27,253 nt of DNA, from positions 1 through 27,253 of the forward strand of contig CAZESS010000023.1 of the NCBI GenBank assembly GCA_964514975.1. The letters run 5' to 3'. How positions within the stretch are numbered: the stretch's first letter is position 1; the number at the start of each line of letters is the position of its first letter. The position numbers and the translations under genes are program-made. The notes below the pieces were generated by a model. The model ran no database searches and was not told where the DNA came from. It worked only from the letters and a program-made list of their open reading frames with translations. Shown in pieces: positions 16,797-24,805 of this stretch. This DNA comes from an uncultured Thermoplasmatales archaeon. GTDB lineage: Archaea > Thermoplasmatota > E2 > UBA202 > DSCA01.

Positions 16797-18152
16797 ATGA
16801 CGCAATCCGGATATCGGGCTGTGGCGGCGGGGATAGTGATGCTTTTTTTCGGCATGACGCTTGTTCCATCCGTGGGGCCAATCGCTGTGCATCATGCTGA
16901 AACGGACACATCTTCAGTGATGCAGACAGCAACGGATGAGCTGCCGCCGCCCCGGGATGTCGACATGTCGCTCGAGGAGGCCATCTGCCGGCGGATGTCC
17001 GTCCGGGAGTTCACCGATGAAGCCGTCGATGAGCAGGCGCTGTCGACGGTGCTCTGGCATGCCGGTGGCCGCCGCGATGACGGCCGGACGTTTCCCGCGT
17101 TCGGCGAATATCATGCATGTGAGCTCTATGTGCTCCTCGAGGACGCAGCCTACAGGTACAACGCCACGGGTCATTCGCTCACGCTGTACAAGGAGGGCGA
17201 CTACCGGGGCAGCGTGGGCTGGCAGTACGAGGCACCCGTGGTGCTGTGCCTGGTCTGGAACATGACCGCCGCGGGTGAGCACATCGCATCCGCGCAGGTC
17301 GGCGCCGTCTTCCAGAACGTCGCCTGGACGGCCGCCGCTCTCGGCCTTGGCACCGTGGTCACCGGCGAGTACCCGTCGCCCATCAACACCGTGCTCGGCG
17401 TCCCGGAAACGGAGGACGGCATGATCATCATGCCGCTCGGCCATCCCGTCCATGACTATGACTTCCGCCATCGGCCCTGGTGGCTGTCGCTGCAGCCCCG
17501 CCCCGCGATTGGCGACCTCTCTCTGACCACGGCGATACGGATGCGGGAGGAAACATCGACGCTGTCCGGAGCCCTCACCATGGAGCAGCAGAGCCAGCTC
17601 GCCTGGTCGTCATATGGCATGTCGCTCTACCTCGACCGCAGCCAGCAGGAAAAAAACTCGGTCGCCAGGCATCGTACCGTGCCCAGCGCGCATGGTTACT
17701 ATCCCTTCGAGATATATGTCGCCACGGCAGACGGCATCTACCGCTATTATCCCAACCTGCTCACCGAGCTCAACTGGTATCTCCGGTTTGCGCCCGTCGA
17801 CTTTTTCGGTCTCCCCGTCCTGACGGGCATGCGGCAGATGGCCGAGGGTGACCATCGCGGGGGCATCGCCGGGGCATCCCATGAGGCGGTGGCATCGGCG
17901 CCATTGAGCGTTATCGCCGTGCTCACCGTGGACCGCACCCGGCCGGAATGGTACGACGACCTGTCCGGCGGCTTCATCCGCTACATCTGGCACATGGAGG
18001 CCGGCGCCGCCATGTACAACGTTTTGCTGGAGGCAACGGCCATGGAGCTTTCATCGAACGTGTATGCCGTTGACGACGACACAGCGGTCATGGCTGCCAT
18101 CGGCCTGTCCGGGGACTACGACCCGATGTACATTGCGGCCGTGGGAGAATAA
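16797..18152 (+). CDS. Exported tandem SagB/ThcOx-like nitroreductase-family protein, paralogue of 291..1826
   Basis: GGAGG Shine-Dalgarno and signal peptide (YRAVAAGIVMLFFGMTLVP). LEEAICRRMSVREF, QNVAWTAAALGLGTV, RHRTVPSAHGYYP and HMEAGAAMYNVLLEATA. Confidence 0.8.
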   Translation: MTQSGYRAVAAGIVMLFFGMTLVPSVGPIAVHHAETDTSSVMQTATDELPPPRDVDMSLEEAICRRMSVREFTDEAVDEQALSTVLWHAGGRRDDGRTFPAFGEYHACELYVLLEDAAYRYNATGHSLTLYKEGDYRGSVGWQYEAPVVLCLVWNMTAAGEHIASAQVGAVFQNVAWTAAALGLGTVVTGEYPSPINTVLGVPETEDGMIIMPLGHPVHDYDFRHRPWWLSLQPRPAIGDLSLTTAIRMREETSTLSGALTMEQQSQLAWSSYGMSLYLDRSQQEKNSVARHRTVPSAHGYYPFEIYVATADGIYRYYPNLLTELNWYLRFAPVDFFGLPVLTGMRQMAEGDHRGGIAGASHEAVASAPLSVIAVLTVDRTRPEWYDDLSGGFIRYIWHMEAGAAMYNVLLEATAMELSSNVYAVDDDTAVMAAIGLSGDYDPMYIAAVGE

Positions 18153-18324
18153 CGGGGTATGGCCGCGAAAACGGGGCAGAACCCTGTTTCGGAGCTCACC
18201 CGGACGCTGGGCGGCGACCTGCGCTGTAGGTGGTCGATCCGGCATCCGGTTATCCGTCGTCTTCGGCGATGTATCCATCATGCAGCCGTATGTTCCGCCG
18301 GGCGGCCAGACCCGAACACACGTT

Positions 18325-18337
18325 AAAAAGAAAAAAA
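18325..18337 (-). terminator. Oligo-T archaeal terminator
   Basis: The minus strand reads TTTTTTTCTTTTT about 14 nt after the stop of 18351..19142. Confidence 0.55.
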
Positions 18338-18350
18338 GGGAAATCGGGGA

Positions 18351-19142
18351 CTATCGGACCCAGATGCCGTTGACGTGGGCGACGAGCAGCCCGTGTTCGA
18401 CGCTCGCGCCGTCCACCATCACCGAGGTGCCGACCAATCCGTCCAGTTCGCTGCGGAGCGGTTCCAGCGTGCCGTCGCCGTCGATGTCGCTCCGGGACAT
18501 GCCCTGCCGCGGGAGCAGCAGCCGGGTGCTGTCAACCATGTAGGTGCCATTAACGGTTTCCAGCGTGCCTTCGAGCTCCATCACGGTGACCTCTCTCGGC
18601 ACGCGAAGCCAGATGCCGTTGACGTGGCTCACGTACAGGGTGTCGTTGCCGACGACGCCGTTGACCTTCACCGAGGTGCCGACCAGTTCTTGCAGCTCGT
18701 CCCCGACATGTTCGTATGCTCCGTCGCCATCGTAGTCGCTCCGGGCCATCCGGTCCATGAACAGCTCGCTGCCCAGGTAGAGCACCGTCCCCTCGATGGA
18801 ATACGTCTCCGTGTCGTTGTCATAGCCCAGGACGCCCTCCAGCCGCGTGAGATCCAGATAGTTTTCTGCCAGGCGAGCGCCATACTGCATCTGATGCCGG
18901 TGCTGCTGCATCATCCTGCCATGCACCCGGTCCTGTATCCGGTCGCGTATCCGCTCCCGGAGCCACCGCCCGGGTCCTGTCCCTCCTTCGTTGCCTGTAT
19001 CGTTTTCAGTGTCGTCGGCTCCTCTCCCGACGCCCAGCATGCGATATCCATCTGCGAGCTCGACGCCGATCACTCCTGCAGACACCAGCCCCGCACATCC
19101 AATCAGGCCGGCCAGGGCCAGCGCGATATATTTTCGTTCCAT
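18351..19142 (-). CDS. Secreted or membrane-anchored protein with two tandem repeats, each containing DxDGDG
   Basis: N-terminal hydrophobic helix and an Arg/His/Gln/Met-rich linker. The repeats LEG.L...Y....T.L...M[AS]RSD[YI]DGDG..E....EL..LVGTSV.V.G......L.V.HVNGIW.R occur twice. GGTGA Shine-Dalgarno. Confidence 0.8.
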   Translation of the reverse strand: MERKYIALALAGLIGCAGLVSAGVIGVELADGYRMLGVGRGADDTENDTGNEGGTGPGRWLRERIRDRIQDRVHGRMMQQHRHQMQYGARLAENYLDLTRLEGVLGYDNDTETYSIEGTVLYLGSELFMDRMARSDYDGDGAYEHVGDELQELVGTSVKVNGVVGNDTLYVSHVNGIWLRVPREVTVMELEGTLETVNGTYMVDSTRLLLPRQGMSRSDIDGDGTLEPLRSELDGLVGTSVMVDGASVEHGLLVAHVNGIWVR

Positions 19143-19187
19143 GGTGGTTTCACCGATATGTGACACGACGCCGTCCAATATATTGAT

Positions 19188-19231
19188 TTACCCAAAAGAA
19201 GCCCAAATCATGCCCAAATCTCTCCCGATTT
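19188..19231 (-). promoter_or_regulatory. 11-bp-period direct-repeat array (candidate transcription-factor binding sites) upstream of a TATA-like box
   Basis: CCCAAA at 19191, 19202 and 19213, and CCCGAT at 19224. AATATATT at 19177-19184 lies between the array and the ATG at 19142. Confidence 0.55.
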
Positions 19232-19680
19232 TATTCCATGCTCAGGATGACGAGGATGACCAGCGCCATGGTCTCGAACACGTGCGGCAGGATGACGAAC
19301 GGCCCCAGGCCGAAGAAGGTGTAGCCGAACAATGTGTGCAGCAATGGCAGCGACAGGAGCGACTGGACGAGCATGACGCCGATGAAAAACATGAGCCCGA
19401 GCATGAAGTTCGACTGCGTAGCCATATAGGTCTGCAGGTAGACCCCGAGCAGTCCAAGGAGCAGCATGATGTTCACCGTGATGAGGATGCTGCCCGTGTA
19501 GTAGCGAAGGACAAACCGGGCGGGCAGCTCCTCGTCCGGCGGGGGACGCCACCCCCGGCGCTCCACCTGCTCCTTGGCGAGCGACAGCGAGACCGAGGAG
19601 AGAACCATGCCGAGCACGATGCCGATGACGATGAGCAGAGCAACCAGGCCAAATGCTTTCGTGATGTCTTTTTCCGCCAT
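19231..19680 (-). CDS. Hypothetical four-TM membrane protein associated with the wHTH regulator
   Basis: Four hydrophobic segments, a GAGGTGA Shine-Dalgarno, and a start 14 nt after the wHTH stop. Confidence 0.8.
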   Translation of the reverse strand: MAEKDITKAFGLVALLIVIGIVLGMVLSSVSLSLAKEQVERRGWRPPPDEELPARFVLRYYTGSILITVNIMLLLGLLGVYLQTYMATQSNFMLGLMFFIGVMLVQSLLSLPLLHTLFGYTFFGLGPFVILPHVFETMALVILVILSME

Positions 19681-19694
19681 TCTTTCACCTCATT

Positions 19695-20000
19695 TCATTC
19701 ATTGTTTTTGATGTTTTTCCCAATTTGTGCCCAAATCTTTTCAAACGTTTCCACGTGCTCCTCGAGCAGGTCCGAGGGAAAATACATCGTGCCATAGCCG
19801 GAGCCCATGGTGGTCACCAGGCTGTTTTTCTGCAAAACCCGGAGATGATGCCGGATGGTCTTGTAGTCAAGGTCGAGCGCCTCTGAGAGCTCGTTGGCGT
19901 TCATGGGTCGTTCCCGCAGCTGTGTGATGATGCGGCCGCGGTTCAGCCCGCCGGAGCTCCCGGCCAGCAGCCACCAGAGCAACTTCTTCGCCGGTTTCAA
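19695..20000 (-). CDS. ArsR-like winged helix-turn-helix transcriptional regulator
   Basis: LLWWLLAGSSGGLNRGRII...RPMNANELSEALDLDYKTIRHHLRVL..NSLV...GYG.MYF. TTG start, with TTTATG about 25 nt upstream. Confidence 0.88.
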   Translation of the reverse strand: MKPAKKLLWWLLAGSSGGLNRGRIITQLRERPMNANELSEALDLDYKTIRHHLRVLQKNSLVTTMGSGYGTMYFPSDLLEEHVETFEKIWAQIGKNIKNNE

Positions 20001-20059
20001 GCACAGGCAATAACCGGCTTCGTCATAAATTATTTGTTATCTATTGTTCCGCCGTCCGG

Positions 20060-21235
20060 CTACATCAGCACGTTGAACAGGTAGCCGAGGAGGAGCACCT
20101 GTGGCACCGTGATGACGGGGAGCCACAATGCCGCTTTTTTGCCGATGTTCTGCCAGATGAGCCCTATCTCCGTGTAGTCGGTGGCGACGCCGGCCATCAG
20201 GAAGGTGAAGCTGTTGCCGAAGGCGCCCGTCTGCCGGAATATTTCGAAGGCCAGCGGGGAGCTTCCCTCGGAGCAGACCTCGATGACGGTGGCGAAGAAC
20301 AGGGTGACGGCCAGGCCGAGCAGCGTGGGGCCCATGTAGTCGACGAACAAATCGTGGGGGATGTAGCCCCGGGCGAACGAGGCCATGAGCATGCCGACGA
20401 TGAGCCACCACATGACCATTTTGGTGAGCGACCAGGCTCCCTCCAGCGTTCCTCGCGCTGCATCGGCAACGTTTTCCCGGGTGAACTCGAATGTCTGCCA
20501 CCGCCGCCGGATGTCATCCAGCACGGAGAAATCGGTCAGCACAGGGGTGTCCTCGCCGTGTTCGCATTTCCCGCATTCCACCATGCCATGGCGTTCCAGT
20601 GCCTGGTAGGCCAGGCCGGTTGTGGTGGCGATGACCAGCGCCGAGATGATGATGAGCAGCGCGTTGAGGCCGAAGAAGCCGAACAGGAGCACGGTTATCG
20701 GCAGGTTTGCCCAGGGAGATGCGAGCAGAAACGCGATGACCGACGACGTGCTGGCGCCTTTTTTGTAGAGCTCGATGGAGATGGCCAGGATGCCGTGGGA
20801 GCAGGCGCTCATGAGAAAGCCGAAGAGGATTGCATAGCTGATGGTGCGTTTTTGGTGACGGGAGAGATATTTTTCGATGTAAGTGCGCGGCACAAAGCGG
20901 TCGATGACGCCGCCGATGAAAAAGCCGAGCAGGATGGCCCACCAGATGAGCTCCAGGTAGTCGATGAACGCCTCGTAGAAGGGACGGAGCGGCTCATAGA
21001 GGTATCCGGCCAGGAGCAATACCGCGGTTGCCGCGGTGACGATGAACAATCGCTGCCGGTACCATGGCGTGCCGCCCTCGATGGTGCAGCTCGGACAATA
21101 TGATTGCTCCTCGGGGATGCCATGTTGTTCCTCGTATTTGCGGATGCAGCGCTCGCAGCAGAAATAGTGGCCGTGGGCCGGGATGGTGCCCTGCATCCCG
21201 CAGATGGGATCTGTTGTATCCACTGAGTTATTCAC
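20060..21235 (-). CDS. ArsP/DUF318-type permease with an N-terminal YHS/TRASH metal-binding domain
   Basis: DPICGM...YFCCERC at the N-terminus. Transmembrane motifs SACSHG, AFLLASPWAN, EVCSEGSSP and FLMAGVAT. GTG start with TTTATAT upstream. Confidence 0.85.
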   Translation of the reverse strand: MNNSVDTTDPICGMQGTIPAHGHYFCCERCIRKYEEQHGIPEEQSYCPSCTIEGGTPWYRQRLFIVTAATAVLLLAGYLYEPLRPFYEAFIDYLELIWWAILLGFFIGGVIDRFVPRTYIEKYLSRHQKRTISYAILFGFLMSACSHGILAISIELYKKGASTSSVIAFLLASPWANLPITVLLFGFFGLNALLIIISALVIATTTGLAYQALERHGMVECGKCEHGEDTPVLTDFSVLDDIRRRWQTFEFTRENVADAARGTLEGAWSLTKMVMWWLIVGMLMASFARGYIPHDLFVDYMGPTLLGLAVTLFFATVIEVCSEGSSPLAFEIFRQTGAFGNSFTFLMAGVATDYTEIGLIWQNIGKKAALWLPVITVPQVLLLGYLFNVLM

Positions 21236-21311
21236 AATAGTTAACCGCCTGGCGATATAAAAGATGTTTGGCTGGCCGGCGGGATTTTATACGTCTTTCC
21301 GTTCAAGACAC

Positions 21312-21785
21312 ATGGCCTTCCGCTATGACACGCTTGCCTCGCCGATTGGTACCATCTACATCATTTTCGACGAGATGGGCGTCCACCGCATCTGCCTGTC
21401 CGGCGACAGCTTCCGCCGGGACTTTGCGGGGCTGAAGCCCGCCGAGCAGCCCATCGCCCGCCGGCAGCTCCGCGAATATTTCCTTGGAGAGCGGCGCACG
21501 TTTGAGCTCCCATTGCTCGTCTACGGCACCGATTTCCAGAGCAGCGTCTGGCGCACGCTCCGCACCATTCCCTACGGGGAGACGCGCAGCTACGGCTGGG
21601 TCGCCGAGCAGATAGACAAGCCGGAGGCGGTCCGGGCCGTTGGCACCGCCGCCGGGGACAACCCCGTACCCATCGTGATACCATGCCACCGGGTCGTCAA
21701 AAGCAACGGCGACATCGGCGGCTACAGCGCCGGCGTGGAAAAAAAGCGCTGGCTGCTTGAACACGAGCGAGGAAAACATCTATAA
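21312..21785 (+). CDS. ogt: Methylated-DNA-[protein]-cysteine S-methyltransferase
   Basis: SPIG, GTDFQ..VW..L..IPYGETRSY, AVRAVG, NPVPIVIPCHRVV and KRWLLEHE. TTTTATA about 27 nt upstream of the ATG. Confidence 0.96.
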   Translation: MAFRYDTLASPIGTIYIIFDEMGVHRICLSGDSFRRDFAGLKPAEQPIARRQLREYFLGERRTFELPLLVYGTDFQSSVWRTLRTIPYGETRSYGWVAEQIDKPEAVRAVGTAAGDNPVPIVIPCHRVVKSNGDIGGYSAGVEKKRWLLEHERGKHL

Positions 21786-21807
21786 GCCCTGCCATCGTTA
21801 TGATGCG

Positions 21808-24561
21808 ATGCTTGTCAACGTCTCCCCTGACTACCTGTACTGGACCGACCATGTTCAGCCCATCGAGGACCGGCATGCCCCCTATTTTATCGCGCTGCCG
21901 CCGTCCGGGATGGACGCGGGGGAGGCACGGAAAAAGGTCGCCGCCGAGCTCACCGGCGACGAGCGGGTGGAGCGCATCGGCGAGCTGGAAACCTATCAGT
22001 CGTTCTGGCATCCCGGGGTGCAGCGCCCCGCCTTCAAGGTCTATACGACCAGGAGCTATCATGTTCCATCGGTGAGCGACGACGTCTTCCGGCTGGGATT
22101 GTTCAGCGCCGAGCACGACATCCCCTACCACGAGCGGGCGTTGACCGACCTGGCAGCCGAGGGAACCTGGGTGTTCGACAGCCAGGGCGAGGAGCAGACG
22201 CTGACGGTGACCGCCTACGACATCGAGATGACCGAGTACGGGGACAAAAAACATGTGCCCATCGACATCATCGGCTACCGGCAGTTCGACGTCTCCTTCA
22301 TCTCGGAGGAAGACCTGGACAGCGAGGATTTCATGTTCCAGTTCACCTCGTTCCCCGAGCAGCTCGATGGCGAGGTCGAGCAGCTCGTTGCGCATGACGA
22401 GGCCGAAGAGGTCGAACAGTTGTTGCGGATATGCGACGTGCTCCAAAACACGGACATCGTCACCGGGCACAACATCATCGGGTTCGACAACCTGCAGATA
22501 TACGAGCGCATCATGCATCTTTTGCAGCACTGCTCGACGATTTCCGGCGACGAGGCAAAGCGCTTCCGTTCCTATCTGGAAGGCTATGCACGGCAGGACC
22601 GCTCCTTCCATTTCGGGTCGCCGCAGCAGACCGCGATTTTTTACCCGGCGAGCTTCGACACCTACCAGGCAGCCCGGAAGTTTTACTCGCTGGACAGCTA
22701 CACGCTGGGCAGCGTCGCCTCGTTCCTCGGCGTGGACATCGCCGACCGGGTGGAGCTCTCCCCCGACGAGATGGCCCTTGACGAGCGGACCATGCGCTAC
22801 AACCGCCAGGACGTCATGGAGCAGGCGGCCATCACGCTGTATCTGCTGCAGCAGGCGCTCCCCCTCTCGTTTACCACGGGGATGCCCTTCGAGCTATTGC
22901 TGTCCTCCGGCGCGACCAAGATGTGGGACTACATGGCGATGATCAGGGCCGCGCGGCACAAAAAGCTGATGCCCGCTATCTGCCGGGCGCAGAGCGTCGC
23001 CGCCGGCATCCGGGATCTGGGGGGCAGCAAGGAGGAAATCGCCGCCGGCGCACGGGACAGCGAGCCGTCGAAGCAGGTGATGCGCGTCGCCAAGTACGGC
23101 GAGGAGATGCCCGACTGGGTTGAATACCCGTTTCTGCTGTATGACCCGGAGAGCGAGGATACGGGCTACCATTTCCCGGGCGGGATGACCATCAAGCCGA
23201 ACCGCGACGCTGACTCCGACTACGTGCCATGGTACCATGTCGTGGTTGCCGATGTCGGCGCGATGTATCCGACCATCCTGAAGGCGGTGAACGCCGGCGC
23301 TGACACCGTCCGCCTCGCCCGCGAAAACGAGACACCGGATGACTGGGTGTGGCTGAAGGAGCTGCCGGAGGCCTTCCACGACCTCGGGTTTGCCATCCGG
23401 CCGGCCGAGGAGGAGTACACCGACAAGGGCTGCATGGTCGGCGTGCACATCGACGAGCAGCCCGGCCTGGTCAACCTGGCGATGACCGGCATCCTGAACT
23501 TCATCGGCAAAATCAAGCGGGACATGCAGCGGGCGTCGGGGGAAGAGCAGCGCCGCCTGAAGATGATGTATCAGTCGCTGAAGGGCGCCCGGAACGCCGG
23601 CACCCATGGCATCCTGTCGGCGCCGCGTGTCAGCTGCCGCCAGTTCAATTTATGGGGCGCGGCTTTGATTACGACGATGGGCCAGTACATTCTGAACGAC
23701 ACGCTCAACATTCTCAACGACCGCGGCGCCAGGGTCGTCTACGGGGACACCGACGGCATCTACATCGGCTGCTCCCGCTCGATGTCGCAGGAGCTCGCAG
23801 CTGCGCTCGATGTTCCAGCTCCGGAGGAAAACTGGATCATTCCGCCATCCGAAGCATTAAACGCGATACGCTTCTGCAACCGGAAGTGGCGCGACGAGCT
23901 TAAGTATGAGGAGTTCGAGCTGGAGCCCGAGGAGCATGAGGCCATGATTTTCGTCAAGCACAAAAACTATCTCATCTTCGACGTCCAGGACGGCACGCTC
24001 CGCCTGACCACCAAGGGGAACAACTTCAAGGGCAGCGACAAGCCCAACATCGCCCGCATCGTCCTGGCGGACATCATGGCCGACGTGCTGCGGGAAAACA
24101 CGAGCTGGACGAGCGAGGAGGAGGCGCGGCGGAACATCAAGACGTCGCTGAAAAAGCAGACCCATGAGCACGTGGAGGCGCTGGACATCGAAAGCTTCGA
24201 CCTCGACGCCTTCACCCTGGTGCAGTCGGTGCAGCCGCCAGGCCGGTACAAGCCCAACCCGGATGGATCGATGTCCGTCTACGGGGAGCGCGCGAAGGCG
24301 CTGCAGCGCCTGATCGGCTCCATCTCCGCCCGCCAGAAGTTCAAGTTCGTGGTCACCAAGAAATCGCTGCCGGGCGTCAAAAACCCGACCAAGAGCTCGG
24401 TGAAGCCCATCCATTACATGTACCCGTTGAAGCTGCTGGACAGCCGCCGGCAGATAGACATGGACTGGTACACCGACATGATCAAGAGCTACGTCCGCGG
24501 CGCCTTCGGCCTCCGCGATCTCGACCTCAAGGAACAATATGGCCTGGACGCCTGGATGTAG
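21808..24561 (+). CDS. polB: Family B DNA polymerase (divergent) with a 3'-5' exonuclease domain and a C-terminal PIP box
   Basis: ExoI AYDIE, ExoII GHNIIGFD, ExoIII YNRQD, FPGG, region II DVGAMYP, region III QSLKGARNAGTHG, region I YGDTDG, KHKNY and C-terminal QYGLDAWM. Start inferred at ATG 21808 (917 aa). Confidence 0.9.
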   Translation: MLVNVSPDYLYWTDHVQPIEDRHAPYFIALPPSGMDAGEARKKVAAELTGDERVERIGELETYQSFWHPGVQRPAFKVYTTRSYHVPSVSDDVFRLGLFSAEHDIPYHERALTDLAAEGTWVFDSQGEEQTLTVTAYDIEMTEYGDKKHVPIDIIGYRQFDVSFISEEDLDSEDFMFQFTSFPEQLDGEVEQLVAHDEAEEVEQLLRICDVLQNTDIVTGHNIIGFDNLQIYERIMHLLQHCSTISGDEAKRFRSYLEGYARQDRSFHFGSPQQTAIFYPASFDTYQAARKFYSLDSYTLGSVASFLGVDIADRVELSPDEMALDERTMRYNRQDVMEQAAITLYLLQQALPLSFTTGMPFELLLSSGATKMWDYMAMIRAARHKKLMPAICRAQSVAAGIRDLGGSKEEIAAGARDSEPSKQVMRVAKYGEEMPDWVEYPFLLYDPESEDTGYHFPGGMTIKPNRDADSDYVPWYHVVVADVGAMYPTILKAVNAGADTVRLARENETPDDWVWLKELPEAFHDLGFAIRPAEEEYTDKGCMVGVHIDEQPGLVNLAMTGILNFIGKIKRDMQRASGEEQRRLKMMYQSLKGARNAGTHGILSAPRVSCRQFNLWGAALITTMGQYILNDTLNILNDRGARVVYGDTDGIYIGCSRSMSQELAAALDVPAPEENWIIPPSEALNAIRFCNRKWRDELKYEEFELEPEEHEAMIFVKHKNYLIFDVQDGTLRLTTKGNNFKGSDKPNIARIVLADIMADVLRENTSWTSEEEARRNIKTSLKKQTHEHVEALDIESFDLDAFTLVQSVQPPGRYKPNPDGSMSVYGERAKALQRLIGSISARQKFKFVVTKKSLPGVKNPTKSSVKPIHYMYPLKLLDSRRQIDMDWYTDMIKSYVRGAFGLRDLDLKEQYGLDAWM

Positions 24562-24805
24562 ACCGCGGGCAGCCCGACCACAAGGAGGAAAACCCTCCGC
24601 CATGTAGACCACCCGTTGTTTAGACATTTCTAACCACACTGGAAGCCAGATGAGCGCGGGACGGCTGGATGCCATTGCCGGGCGGTATGGCCACCGGTTC
24701 ATCTCTCCCAATGTGCCAGACGATGTTCCCGTTGCGAACACTGTTTTCCGTCCGCTGCATCCCTCGGCGGGGAATGACATATAAACTCAGTGATATTTTC
24801 CCGGC

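Noticed and set aside
291-18152. RiPP (azole-containing peptide) biosynthetic cluster suggested by two SagB-like genes
   Set aside because: No YcaO, E1-like protein, precursor peptide or dedicated transporter in the window. The two genes are 15 kb apart and carry signal peptides.
18153-18350. 198-bp gap between convergent genes as a small gene or ncRNA
   Set aside because: No convincing ORF with start signals and no strong stem seen, only the oligo-T terminator.
19188-19231. Short repeat arrays (here and at 7101-7124) as CRISPR
   Set aside because: Units are 11-12 bp with no spacers, and there are no cas genes.
18991-19797. 268-aa plus-strand ORF with a D/E/H/Q-rich stretch that looks metal-binding
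   Set aside because: It is the reverse complement of the hydrophobic membrane-protein gene; antisense Leu/Ile/Val/Phe/Met codons produce this composition.
21757-21807. Upstream extensions in the ORF track (polB from 21757; also 1901, 7086, 10434, 12212, 21264 and 26368)
   Set aside because: They run through TATA-like boxes or neighbouring genes. The downstream starts fit family N-termini and either the ~25-30 nt TATA spacing of leaderless transcripts or a Shine-Dalgarno site.
21808-24561. polB as the hallmark of a casposon, pipolin or provirus
   Set aside because: No Cas1, integrase, capsid gene or terminal inverted repeats. The flanks are housekeeping genes, composition is host-like, and the PIP box and N-terminal domain fit a cellular enzyme.
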